A stretch of 64,000 nt of DNA. It comes from Eledone cirrhosa (taxonomy: Eukaryota). The position numbers and the translations under genes are program-made. Every line of letters begins with the position of its first letter. Within the stretch, counting starts at the first letter, position 1. The stretch is taken from NCBI GenBank assembly GCA_964016885.1, contig OZ024758.1:24304001-24368000 (forward strand), in the 5' to 3' direction. The notes below the pieces were generated by a model. It worked only from the letters and a program-made list of their open reading frames with translations, was not told where the DNA came from and made no database searches. This document shows positions 11,854 through 24,597 of the stretch, one piece after another.

Positions 11854-12377
11854 TAAGAATTATCTAAATGATTTGTGAATAATAACTTGCCCAAACCAAT
11901 CTTAAATCTAAAACCTATTAACACGTGTATCCACTTATTCAAACTTCCTGAACCATATATAAGTTCACTTAACTCCAATTTCAAAGCCAATAAAACTCCT
12001 TAAGATCACCAAGGACATCCAGTCGTCGAAAACCTGCCAAACAAATGGTTGGGAAGACCCTTCAGTTGTTTCAAAGACATGACAACCTCCGTTGTGCACT
12101 TGATAGTACGTAAGACTGTACGTAAATAAGGCGCATCCCCCCATCTCCCTCTCGGACTGCCTGGGAGGTCAGGTAGACCCACCCACGACGATGATGATGA
12201 TATATGTATAGGAGATAGATATATAACGTATCTTTACCTAAACAAAGTCACTGCACTTGCTATTAACTATTGTGTGCACTCTGAACACCGAGATGCAGTT
12301 TCTCTACTGCAACCTTATTGATTCATTGAGTGAATCGTGGCCGGACATCACTGAAATAACATCAGTTACTTTCGTAA

Positions 12378-12452
<75 letters not shown>

Positions 12453-12828
12453 TTCAGGTTATCAATAATGTAGTTATAATATATCGTTATGTTAGAGATG
12501 AACAGCGTACGTGCAGGTTTGCTCAACGAGTATAAATTATATTCCGGAGAAAATGTAGAAAGGATGAATATAAAATGAAAGTGCTTTTGTTAAAAAAGGA
12601 ATTTATTAGGTATTGACATATGTTTCTGTAACAGACCGAATACCTATGTATCGCTGCTTGCGTAATCATATAATTTTAGCAAGTATTCGATAGCAAATGT
12701 ATAATCAGTTGTCACTTCTTCAGAGATTTTGGATAAATTGGATAAAATCAGAAAAATTGAAGTATTTATATTAGTAAAAGAGGAAGGAACAGAGGGGATA
12801 GTATATGACAGATGGTAAATTAATTTAG

Positions 12829-14012
12829 GAACTAGGATTAGATATTACATTTGAATATAACCTCAAAGAGGTCAATTTCCTTGATGTTACTTTCAATCTC
12901 AATACAGATACGATTAAACCGTTCCATAAACTAAATGAGAACCTTAAATATATAAATACGAGTTCTAACCATCCACTCTCTATAATTAAATCCATCCCTA
13001 GAAATGTTTCTCTTAGGATCTCCCGCCTGTCGTCCAACCAACAAACCTTCAAAGAACATGCCGAGTATTATGATGATGCACTTAGGAAAGCCGGTCACCT
13101 AGATAATATAGAGTATATAGTCAAAGATCACCAAAACACCCAAAATAAATCACATAGGAGTAGAAATAGCACAGAATCACCACCATACATACACTACTGC
13201 AATAGACACAATAATAGTCGCACACCACCAAACAGAAGGCGATGTAAGGAGTATATTTGGTACAACCCGGTCTATAACAACTCTATTAAAACCAATCTAC
13301 CCTCAAAATTCTTTCGATTAGTTAAAAAACACTTTCCAACATCACATAAATATAATAAAATCTTAAACCCTAACACTATTCGACTTTCATATTCAACCGC
13401 CCCTAATATTGAACAACATATAAAAAAGCTTAACGCAAAACGGTTGTATAAACGCCTTCCAACACATAACAATACACGTAAAACATTAGCTATAACATCA
13501 CAAAACAACAAACAACATCCTGTCCTACATAAGCAACCTCATCAACCCATCCATGGCAATACAACAACGCAAAATTATAATTGCAACTGTGTCCAACCAG
13601 GAATGTGTCCGTTGAACAATCAGTGTCTTGAACGCAACATCGTATACAAATGTACTATCGAATCGGATAGACAGAAGTGGTACTATGTGGGATCTACAGC
13701 CACCTCCTTCAAATCACGCCTTTATAGACATCGTTACTCGATAAAACATGAAAACCAGCGTTATGTAACAACACTCGCAGACAAGGCTTGGCAGCTGCGT
13801 GAAAATAACCAACAATTTCACCTAAAATGGGATATAATAGCGGCTGCCCCCCATTATCCCATGGATAGGAATTTTGTAAATTATGTAATGTAGAATTATT
13901 TTGTATTATGAAATCCAAAAACATTTTATTAAATAACAGAATAGAGCGATCGTTATACTGTAACCATCGCTTAAAATCTACATTTTCATATTATAAATAC
14001 TACCAGGATTGA
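12829..14012 (+). pseudogene. PLE reverse transcriptase C-terminus plus GIY-YIG endonuclease (truncated, one frameshift at ~13872-13875)
   Basis: Frame from 12829 reads ELGLDITFEYNLKEVNFLDVTFNL..KPFHK..YINTSSNHPLSIIKSIP..IWYNPVY..KHFP..LSYSTAPN..CNC..CPLNNQC..NIVYKC..YYVGST..FKSR. Adding one T to the T4 run restores CKLC..LLNNR..CNHR through to TGA at 14010-14012. Confidence 0.9.
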
Positions 14013-14485
14013 ACGCCTGTCTCTATCCCCGTTTGATTGTCAAAATAGATATTAACATTCTTTATTAGTCTTAATTCTATCAACTCTTCTATTATTTACC
14101 TTTTAATACAAACTGCTATAGATAAAATGAGATTTCTGATTTCTTGATTCAATTCCCTAATGCATATACCAGCTGGCTACTAGCATTGATGTTATTTAGT
14201 AGCAATCGAAATCTCCCCCTTCCCCAATTGACACTTTATAATTAATACTACTGCACCAAATGACCAGCCCTGTCCACTGTCCAGTTGGTCAAGTAGAGAT
14301 TAAAATTGGCACTCCCAAAATTCTTATTTAGATTTACTCATGGTATTCTCATTAGAAACCCATTATATACTTGTTTAGCAGTAAATTAATTTACCATCTG
14401 TCATATACTATCCCCTCTGTTCCTTCCTCTTTTACTAATATAAATACTTCAATTTTTCTGATTTTATCCAATTTATCCAAAATCT

Positions 14486-14602
14486 CTGAAGAAGTGACAA
14501 CTGATTATACATTTGCTATCGAATACTTGCTAAAATTATATGATTACGCAAGCAGCGATACATAGGTATTCGGTCTGTTACAGAAACATATGTCAATACC
14601 TA
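14486..14602 (+). ncRNA. Hammerhead-like motif in the PLE terminal repeat (non-canonical)
   Basis: CTGAAGA-A-GTGACA ... TGTTAC-A-GAAAC-ATAT-GTC. Helix I is poor, but TAGGTATT/AATACCTA pairs around the cleavage site. Mirrored at ~12607-12723(-). Confidence 0.4.
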
Positions 14603-14892
14603 ATAAATTCCTTTTTTAACAAAAGCACTTTCATTTTATATTCATCCTTTCTATATATATATATATATATGCGCCAAAACATCCGTGACCAGTAGTAAAC
14701 TACTGACGAAGAGAGACTGTCCATCTCTTGTTTGTGTCTCCTTACCCTCTAACACCCGATATCAGTAACCACACAGCCCCTCCCTGAATCCATAATTATA
14801 TATATATATATATATTATATATATATATTATATATATATATATAAACATTCGTTGTACTGCCTCTCTGTTTTGTCCCTGTTCAAATTTTTCC

Positions 14893-14927
<35 letters not shown>

Positions 14928-15642
14928 CAATAGGACATGTGTTTTTACCTTCCAGCGACATATCAAACATATCGGTTATCATCTGAGCATACCGTTCTCA
15001 TAATAGCAAATGTATCTCGATTGCATGGAGAACCGTGGAAATAATTATAATGGTTAAACGATATATGTAACCTCAGCATCTTATTTTGTCATTTATATAT
15101 ATATATAATATATACTTTTCTCAACCTGATTAGTTCTATCGTTGCTTTGGTATATATTGTGTGTTGGTTTCGCCTACCACAATGTTCGATTTGTCAAGCT
15201 ATTTAAACGTATGTTATAACTCTGAGGCCCTATCTTATCGAGTGCTTTGCTAACTCATCATTTCATATAAGTAGGCCGAATTTACTTGCAAACCGCCAGA
15301 GATTTGATTTTACTGATTTCCAATTATATATATAATATATATATACATATAGGGCTTACAAATCGTGAGGTTGTGAGTTCGATTCTCGGACCGGGCTTTG
15401 CGTTGTGTCCTTGAGCAAGACACTTTATTTCACGTTGCTCCAGTTTACTCAGCTGTAGTAGAAATAAGTTGCGACGTCACTGGCGCCAACCTGTATCCGG
15501 TCTTAGCCTTTCCCTTGGACAACATCGGTGGTGTCGAGTGTTGAGGGGGAGACTGGTATACATGGTGACTGCTGGTCTTCCACAAACAACCTTGCCTCGG
15601 AGGGGAACTTTCTAGGTGCAAATCCCATGGACATTCGTGACC

Positions 15643-16188
15643 GAAGTGGGTCCTTACATATCGAAGTGGGACCTTACATATCGAAGTGGGACCTTACATA
15701 TCGAAGTGGGACCTTACATATCGAAGTGGGTCCTTACATATCGAAGTGGGACCTTACATATCGAAGTGGGTCCTTACATATCGAAGTGGGACCTTACATA
15801 TCGAAGTGGGACCTTACATATCGAAGTGGGACCTTACATATCGAAGTGGGACCTTACATATCGAAGTGGGTCCTTACATATCGAAGTGGGACCTTACATA
15901 TCGAAGTGGGACCTTACATATCGAAGTGGGACCTTACATATCGAAGTGGGTCCTTACATATCGAAGTGGGACCTTACATATCGAAGTGGGACCTTACATA
16001 TCGAAGTGGGACCTTACATATCGAAGTGGGTCCTTACATATCGAAGTGGGACCTTACATATCGAAGTGGGACCTTACATATCGAAGTGGGACCTTACATA
16101 TCGAAGTGGGTCCTTACATATCGAAGTGGGACCTTACATATCGAAGTGGGACCTTACATATCGAAGTGGGACCTTACCTTACATATCG
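15643..16188. repeat. 20-bp minisatellite, about 27 copies, at the 3' end of a family-B SINE
   Basis: Unit TCGAAGTGGG(A/T)CCTTACATA, continuous with the SINE tail ..CGTGACCGAAGTGGGTCCTTAC. Confidence 0.95.
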
Positions 16189-16425
16189 AAATTTCTATAC
16201 ATATTGTATAAAGCTATGCTTGAAGCGAAATCTTATTTCTTTTCTATTATAAGTTGAGCCATATATAAAACTATATGTTCTCGGCTGTGTTCAAGTCCAG
16301 CAGTCGCAAGCAGTGTGAGGGATCGTCCAGACGCTGGTCAGTCAAGCCTGAAGTGCATAGACGGTTGTCCCCCTTGCTTCTGCTGGACACCACCAGAGGG
16401 CGTTAGATCCATCGTTTACTGTTTA

Positions 16426-16825
16426 CACGAGGGTCGGCTGAAAGGTTCATAGGCTGACCAAGAAAGATTTCACAGCTCTAGCATCACTCCTTCATAGTCA
16501 GCATATAAACTTTTCAGCCTGCCCTTATATAGCGATAAGAAAAGTTGAAATTACTGCATGCAAGATTTCACAGCTCTAGCATCACTCCTTCATAGTCAGC
16601 ATATAAACTTTTCAGCCTGCCCTTATATAGCGATAAGAAAAGTTGAAATTACTGCATGCAAGATTTCACAGCTCTAGCATCACTCCTTCATAGTCAGCCT
16701 ATATACATTTTTCAGCCTGCCCTCATATAGCGATAAGAAAAGTTGAAATTACTGCATGCAAGGTTTCACAGCTCTAGCATCACTCCTTCATAGTCAGCCT
16801 ATATACATTTTTCAACCTGCCCATG
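16426..16825. mobile_element. Mariner-like MITE with a 98-bp internal tandem repeat (about 4 copies)
   Basis: CACGAGGGTCGGCTGAAAGGTTCATAGGCTGAC end and inverted GTCAGC..TTTTCAGCCTGCCC units; relatives at 50290-50700. Confidence 0.6.
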
Positions 16826-16956
16826 TATTTATGCAGGTGTACACATTAAATGTTATTTTCATGTTAAACTGTAATGGCGATCGTTATTTAAAAAGCATTA
16901 GCAAGTGAAGATAGGTCATTGCAGTAAAATTTGGTTTATGTTTGTTGTGAGAGAAA

Positions 16957-17138
16957 TAATTGTTTCTACTTTTGGCACAAGGCCAGCAATTACTCAGTAC
17001 ATTACTGGTACTTCATTTTATCGACCCCGTAAGGATGAAAGGCAAAGTTAAACTCGGCAGGATTTGAACTCAGATCATAAAGGGCCGTAACTCTATGCTG
17101 CAAAGCATGGCGTCCGACCCTCTACCGATACTGCCAAA
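16957..17138 (-). mobile_element. SINE family A
   Basis: Full consensus. Further copies at 18636-18820(-), 18918-19245(+), 20670-20840(-), 21973-22160(-), 25772-25995(+), 28165-28470(+), 36327-36512(-), 43133-43540(-), 49073-49180(-). Confidence 0.85.
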
Positions 17139-17272
17139 TAATATCCACCAAAAAGTATGAACAGATATAAAAGACATTAAAACTAAATGGTTGCAGTATT
17201 ATAACGACGTTGTGATTTAGAATGTAAAGACTACATTATTATCGATACCTTGTGAGGCTATATTATATTATA

Positions 17273-17610
17273 CTAGCAGTGGTACCCGGCGTTGCACGGG
17301 ATAAAGTATTGTGAAATATATAACCACCTTAACTAAGCTTAGTATTGCCACAATAGACAGATATTATAAGGGCGCGACGTTATATGTATGTATCTATCTA
17401 AAAAGAGAAAGACTCAGAATTATAGAGAGAGATCGCTAAATCGCCTAATGCGGTCCCTAGGGCATTGAAAATTTGAAATTCTTTTTGCTCAGAACACTCC
17501 CTGAAACATAAGTATTACATGTGTAAAGTTTGAAAACAGTCGGTTGGGTGCTTCTCTAGTTTTAGGGATTCAAACTCACACAGACAGACATCCTCAGTTT
17601 TATATATAGA
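17273..17610 (-). mobile_element. Non-autonomous Helitron-like element
   Basis: Minus strand starts TCTATATATAAAACTGAGGATGTCTGTCTG and ends with hairpin CCCGTGCAACGCCGGG followed by CTAG. Similar hairpin+CTAG ends at 17615-17650, 24757-24795 and 38470-38499. Confidence 0.6.
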
Positions 17611-17649
17611 GACGAGCAGAAAACCGCCCACCGGGTGGTTTTCTGCTAG

Positions 17650-18165
17650 TATATATATATATTACACACACACAAATGTATATATATTTCTGTGTGTATA
17701 TATATATATATTACACACACACAAATGTATATATATTTCTGTGTGTATATATATATATATATTACACACACAGAAATGTATATATATTTCTGTGTGTATA
17801 TATATATATATTACACACACAGAAATGTATATATATTTCTGTGTGTATATATATATATTTCTGTGTGTGTATATATATATTACACACACACAGAAATGTA
17901 TGTATGTTTCTGTAGCACTCCTCAATTCCCCCCTCTCTCCCTCCCGCTATCCCCCTCTTGTAGTCTTCTCTTTCTTTCACTCTCACTCTCTCTCTCTACG
18001 CGTGCGCAAAAAACATTCGCACGCGCGCACGTGTTTTAGCGTCTATTCACTCTCTCTCTCTCTCCCTCCCGCTATCCCCCTCTCGTAGTCTGTCTCTTTC
18101 TTTCACTCTCACTCTCTCTCTCTCTACGCGTGCGCAAAAAACATTCGCACGCGCGACATGTGTTT
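17650..18165. repeat. Compound ~47-bp TA/CA/TG repeat followed by a ~120-bp duplicated CT-rich segment
   Basis: Direct reading. Confidence 0.8.
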
Positions 18166-20912
18166 CCACTGTCGGACAGACAGACAAACAGAGAAATTGC
18201 TGGTTATATATTATAAGGAGATATGTTGTTTTTTCCATGTTACTCAAAGATAAAACGTAAGCAAATAAAAAGATTTGTTCTTAGGAAACTTCATAGTGTG
18301 GGAAGATTAGAAGAAAGATGAAATATGTTTGTTTGTTTTTTTTTAAATATCTATTATATGGCAGAGTAATATTGCGGCAAAGATTGAAAACAATGTGGAT
18401 CACTGAGATACCAGCTTTGTCAGAAAGTTTACCCACTTAGGCTAAATGGTTTGTTAGTAAAGTATATATTAGACTTGAAGTGTTCTCTCATTCATATGAA
18501 CTAGATGAAGTGGTAAAGAGAGAGTGTGTGTGTGGTTGTGGTTGTGTGTGCAGCAGACAATGGTAGTCAAAGTTTTCTAGTGAATCAGGCACCAAGGCAT
18601 TGTTGTTAGGTGGGAGATAGAGGACAAATATAAAATTATTGTTTCTACTTTAGGCACAAGGCCAGCAATTACCCAGTACATTACTGGTACTTTATTTTAT
18701 CGACCCCGTAAGGATGAAAGGCAAAGTTGACCGACCTCGGCGAGATTCGAACTCAGAATGGCAAGGGCCGTAACTCTATGCGTCAAAGCATGGCGTCCGA
18801 CCCTCTACCGATACTGCCAATATAAAATAATGTGCTGAATATTGTCAAAACATTTGCTGATATCTAAGCTTCTAAATGAACGTTTAAATGTAAATTAGGA
18901 TTAAACCATGGATCAAGGTCGGTGGGTTAGCAGAGTGGTTTGAGCCTCAGACAAATGCTTAGCAGTATTTGTTCAGGCCTTTACATTCCGAGTTCAAATC
19001 CTATCGGGATCAACATTACCTTTCATCCTTCCGAGGTCGATAAAATAAAATACCAGTAATGCACTGAGGTCGTTATAGTCGACTTTCCCTTCTCCTAAAT
19101 GGCTGGCCTTGTGTGCCCTTTACAGTTTGAGTTCAAATCCCGCCGTTGTTAACTTTGCCTTTCATCCTTACGGGATCAATAAAATAAAGTACCAGTAATG
19201 CACTGGGATAATTGTTGGCCTTGTGCCAAAAGTAGAAACAGTTATTAACAGAGGAATCAACCCAGACTCGAAAAAATACATGATTTCTCTGCGACCGTAA
19301 AAGGGGAAATACCCTTTCGTTCACGAATGATGAAGGGTTTTACACCCAGAAAGTTCCCCGCCTGGGAACAAGAACGGGCAAATGTTTTTGTGGAATACCA
19401 GAAGTCGCTCAAGCATGCCAGCCTCTCCTCTCCTCACCATCGATGTTGTTCAAGGAATAAACAAAGACCTGACACAGCTTAGCACCAGTGACGTCGCAAC
19501 TCATTTCTACGGCTGAGTGAACTGGAGCAACGAGAAAAATAAAGCGTCTTGCTAAGGGACATAACGCATCTCCTGGTCTAGGAATCGAACTCATTAACGT
19601 GATAGAGTTAGATTTAGATTGTGAATCTAAATCTAACTGTCAAGCCACTAAGCCACGTGCTTTCAGATCTGCGACCGTAAGACAGGTATTTCATTGGTTG
19701 AATATCTGGAAGGCGTTAATTCAAATATGTGACGCGTTGCCTAGTAAAAATATCAACTCTACAACGCTCTAAAACAGAAAAACAATTGTGATTATAAAAC
19801 TTTAGTATTCACTTCAATTTACCATCAAACCAGACAGAATTTACCGATATATTATTTTACTTATTTTCATCTTTTGAAGAAAATTCCGTGGCAACGACAA
19901 TCAAATTTATTTTATCTAGCTGGTCTTTGTGATACAATCTATAAATAAAGAATTGAATCTCTCTTGAACAATTCTTTTACTAACGATAACAAATGATGTT
20001 AGTTGCAGGAATTACACAGGTCAACAAAAATGTTGCTATTTTTCTGCTGACCTACGTTTGAGACCTGTTCTTGAGTAATTTAAGGCCGCTGAGTTTTAAA
20101 ATGACAATACTTTTTTTTTTCTATCACGTCAACTTTCAGCAATTCGTCCCATGCTTCACTTAGATGAAGTACCAGTAGCCATTTACATAGAATTACCTTC
20201 ACTGTAAAATGAAAGTGATATATGTGTATCAGATGAAAATCATGAATATAACAGTGATACAGACTTTGCAGATACAGCAACCAAGGAACGTGAAAACTTC
20301 AACAATACAGAACTAATAATTATCAATATAAACGAAATTGCATGTCTCTGCCTTCCGTATATTATAATGTAGGGTATCAAATGTATCGTCACTCTTCAAC
20401 TTTGAAAACTTCTTCAGATGATGACGGTTTAGCTTCTGTCATTCATTGAATTTAATTAATTGTTTGTATGCGAGCACAAGAGCTGGCCGAAATATAGTCC
20501 AAAGAGGAAATTAAACGATTCCATTTGAGCCTGGTATCCAATTATACGGTTACAAACATCGGAATACAATTATAACTACACACTCTCGTCATCATTTAAA
20601 TGTAACTGGATAATTATCAAGAATTCGTCGAAAGTAAGCAGCACGTATTGTGTTGCTTTCAAAATTAAGATAATTGTTTCTACTTTAGGCACAAGGCCAG
20701 CAATTACCCAGTGCATTACTGGTACTTTATTTTATCGACCCCGTAAGGATGAAAGGCAAAGTCAACCTCGGCGGGATTTGAACTCAGATCGTAAAGGGAC
20801 GTAACTATGCTGGAAAGCATGGCGTCCGACCCTTCCGACGTCAATTTACTTTCAAAGTCTTTCAGGTTTTCGTTTCTTTTTAACACACTAAATAAATTCT
20901 CACCCTTTAGTA

Positions 20913-21667
20913 CGGTGGTTCCCAACATAGGGTTCATACCCCATAAGGGGGAAATTTGAAAATGATGATAATGAGAACAAATTTCAGATTTTACCCTATT
21001 ACTTTTACGCCAAGAAAAATTTGGAAGAAATTATGGTCGGAAACTCCTGTCTCACCTCCTCCACACACGTTACTGTACATCTGGCATCACCCATACACCA
21101 GAGCTGGTGTGGCTGGACTGAGGGGACGGCAAAAGGTCAGATGGCAAACTCCTCGTCTGGGATGCTACTTGCACCGACACTTTCTGCAGCCGCAACCTGG
21201 TGCAGTCTGCGACTAACCCAGATTCTGCTGCACGTCGGGCTGAGGAGGCCAAGGTCTTCAAATACCGGTCGCTCTCCGACGGGTTTGCCGTTGTACCCCT
21301 GGCAGTGGAGACTTCTGGTGTCCTCGGCCCTGGGGTTACCTCCCTACTCACCACCATAGGCGCTGAGCTGGCCAGTCACAGGATTGAACCCCGCGAGCTG
21401 GAGTCGATTTTCCAGCGCGTCTCCCTTGCCGTCTTCCGGGGAAACGCCTTCTCCATCCTGTCCGCCGGGGCTGTGAGTGGGGGGGGGGCATCGCGTAACA
21501 TTCCATATTTAGGTATCTCTTACAGTGAAGCTGTGTTTATCTATAGAAAAAAATGTAGTTTGTTTACACTTTGTAGTTGATCATCGCTGTTTTTATATCA
21601 AAGTGGGGCATAAAAATGTTCGAGATGTTGAGGTGGGGCATGGGGCAAAAAAGGTTAGGAACCACTG
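20913..21667. mobile_element. hAT-type non-autonomous element containing a CRE retrotransposon fragment
   Basis: TIR CGGTGGTTCCCAAC / GTTAGGAACCACTG; 8-bp TSD CTTTAGTA (20905-20912, 21668-21675). Confidence 0.8.
21080..21470 (+). pseudogene. CRE-clade non-LTR retrotransposon C-terminal restriction-like endonuclease fragment
   Basis: GC-rich island reading LD*GDGKRSDGKLLVWDATCTDT..AARRAEEAKVFKY..VPLAVETSGVLGP..FQRVSLAVFRGNAFSIL; one in-frame stop. Confidence 0.8.
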
Positions 21668-21879
21668 CTTTAGTATATACTATGTCTTGCATTAGTATAA
21701 CTATCACCACACTGTTTACTCATCATATAAGATAGTATGTTATATTTCAATGTAGTTTCATTCACGCTCAGACTTAATCAAAGGGCTCGACGGAGTTCTT
21801 CCAAACACCTGACTACTCATTGTTATTCACCATATAAGATGGTTTCCTTCACGCTCAGACTTTGTGCTTGACGAAGGTC

Positions 21880-22274
21880 GACCTGTCAACCTCTAAAATC
21901 TCAAACAGGGAGTACCATGAAAAAGCGTGCCCCAAAACGGGGAGAAATGAGGCAAAATGGGGAGATTTAACATAATTGTTTCTACTTTAGGCACAAGGCC
22001 AGCAAATACCCAGTGCATTACTGGTACTTTATTTTATCGACCCCGTAAGGATGAAAGGCAAAGTCAACCTCGGCGGGATTTGAACTCAGATCGTAAAGGG
22101 ACGTAACTATACTGGAAAGCATGGCGTCCGACCCTCTACCGATACTGCCAATCCACCGCCCGGGAGATTTTACATAATGAAAGCTACACCCATGTTCACA
22201 AGAGACGACACCTCTCGTCCGCCTCAAAGTGGGTTGGAGATCTCCCCGTCGGTCAGTGAGAGTTGACAGGTCTG
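21880..22274. mobile_element. TIR MITE (GACCTGTCAAC / GTTGACAGGTCTG) interrupted by a SINE A
   Basis: SINE at 21973-22160 with TSD GGGAGATTT(A/T)ACATAAT; uninterrupted relative at 61835-62031. Confidence 0.75.
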
Positions 22275-22384
22275 ATATAAGATGGTTTCTTTCATGCTCA
22301 GACTTTGTGTTTGACGAAGTTCTTCCAAATACTTGGCCACGTCAGATATTTTCCCCGAGCATGTTTCTCACTCTGTCAAAAAAT

Positions 22385-24597
22385 ACTACACAGCACCAGT
22401 TGCTACACAGTTGCTACTACACAGCACTAGTTGCTACACAGTTGCTACTACACAGCACTAGTTGCTACACAGTTGCTACTACACAGCACTAGTTGCTACA
22501 CAGTTGCTACTACACAGCACCAGTTACTACACAGTTGCTACTACACAGCACCAGTTGCTACAACACAGCACTAGTTGCTACACAGTTTCTACTACACAGC
22601 ACCAGTTGCTACACAGTTGCTACTACGCAGCACTAGTTGCTACACAGTTGCTACTACACAGCACTAGTTGCTACACAGTTGCTACTACACAGCACTAGTT
22701 GCTACACAGTTGCTACTACACAGCACCAGTTACTACACAGTTGCTACTACACAGCACTAATTGCTACACAGTTGCTACTACACAGCACTAGTTGCTACAC
22801 AGTTGCTACTACACAGCACCAGTTACTACACAGTTGCTACTACACAGCACCAGTTGCTACAACACAGCACTAGTTGCTACACAGTTGCTACTACACAGCA
22901 CTAGTTGCTACACAGTTGCTACTACACAGCACTAGTTGCTACACAGTTGCTACTACACAGCACCAGTTGCTACACCGTTGCTACTACACAGCACTAGTTG
23001 CTACACAGTTGCTACTACACAGCACCAGTTGCTACACAGTTGCTACTACACAGCACCAGTTACTACACAGTTGCTACTACACAGCACCAGTTGCTACAAC
23101 ACAGCACTAGTTGCTACACAGTTGCTACTACACAGCACTAGTTGCTACACAGTTGCTACTACACAGCACTAGTTGCTACACAGTTGCTACTACACAGCAC
23201 TAGTTGCTACACAGTTGCTACTACACAGCACCAGTTGCTACACAGTTGCTACTACACAGCACCAGTTGCTACAACACAGCACTAGTTGCTACACAGTTGC
23301 TACTACACAGCACCAGTTGCTACACAGTTGCTACTACACAGCACTAGTTGCTACACAGTTGCTACTACACAGCACTAGTTGCTACACAGTTGCTACTACA
23401 CAGCACCAGTTGCTACACAGTTGCTACTACACAGCACTAGTTGCTACACAGTTGCTACTACACAGCACCAGTTGCTACTACACAGCACCAGTTGCTACAC
23501 AGTTGCTACTACACAGCACTAGTTGCTACACAGTTGCTACTACACAGCACCAGTTACTACACAGTTGCTACTACACAGCACCAGTTGCTACAACACAGCA
23601 CTAGTTGCTACACAGTTTCTACTACACAGCACCAGTTGCTACACAGTTGCTACTACGCAGCACTAGTTGCTACACAGTTGCTACTACACAGCACTAGTTG
23701 CTACACAGTTGCTACTACACAGCACCAGTTACTACACAGTTGCTACTACACAGCACTAATTGCTACACAGTTGCTACTACACAGCACTAGTTGCTACACA
23801 GTTGCTACTACACAGCACCAGTTACTACACAGTTGCTACTACACAGCACCAGTTGCTACAACACAGCACTAGTTGCTACACAGTTGCTACTACACAGCAC
23901 TAGTTGCTACACAGTTGCTACTACACAGCACTAGTTGCTACACAGTTGCTACTACACAGCACCAGTTGCTACACAGTTGCTACTACACAGCACTAGTTGC
24001 TACACAGTTGCTACTACACAGCACCAGTTGCTACACAGTTGCTACTACACAGCACCAGTTACTACACAGTTGCTACTACACAGCACCAGTTGCTACAACA
24101 CAGCACTAGTTGCTACACAGTTGCTACTACACAGCACTAGTTGCTACACAGTTGCTACTACACAGCACTAGTTGCTACACAGTTGCTACTACACAGCACT
24201 AGTTGCTACACAGTTGCTACTACACAGCACCAGTTGCTACACAGTTGCTACTACACAGCACCAGTTGCTACAACACAGCACTAGTTGCTACACAGTTGCT
24301 ACTACACAGCACCAGTTGCTACACAGTTGCTACTACACAGCACTAGTTGCTACACAGTTGCTACTACACAGCACTAGTTGCTACACAGTTGCTACTACAC
24401 AGCACCAGTTGCTACACAGTTGCTACTACACAGCACTAGTTGCTACACAGTTGCTACACAGTTGCTACTACACAGCACCAGTTGCTACAACACAGCACTA
24501 GTTGCTACACAGTTGCTACTACACAGCACTAGTTGCTACACAGTTGCTACTACACAGCACTAGTTGCTACACAGTTGCTACTACACAGCACCAGTTG
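22385..24597. repeat. 31-bp minisatellite (12+19 subunits) with a ~1-kb higher-order duplication
   Basis: Unit (T/C)AGTTGCTACAC-AGTTGCTACTACACAGCAC; rare variants recur 999-1030 bp apart. Confidence 0.95.

Larger units (their letters stand above)
12450..14653 (+). mobile_element. 5'-truncated Penelope-like retroelement (Naiad-type) with inverted terminal repeats, inserted in (TA)n
   Basis: 272-bp inverted repeat at 12556-12827 / 14382-14653; (TA)n on both sides; internal RT-thumb plus GIY-YIG frame. Confidence 0.9.

Noticed and set aside
12829-14380. Selenoprotein-type Naiad (in-frame TGA plus SECIS)
   Set aside because: Conserved Cys positions in the preserved frame are TGT/TGC, and I could not recognise a SECIS by eye.
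14703-15300. CTGACGA and CTGAGG stem motifs in TA-bounded fragments
   Set aside because: No GAAA half-core at the right position; probably PLE-end remnants but unsupported as ribozymes.
20410-20508. Hammerhead-like ATGATGAC..GGCCGAAATATAGTC
   Set aside because: Core C is missing and helices I and III are weak; at best a decayed motif.
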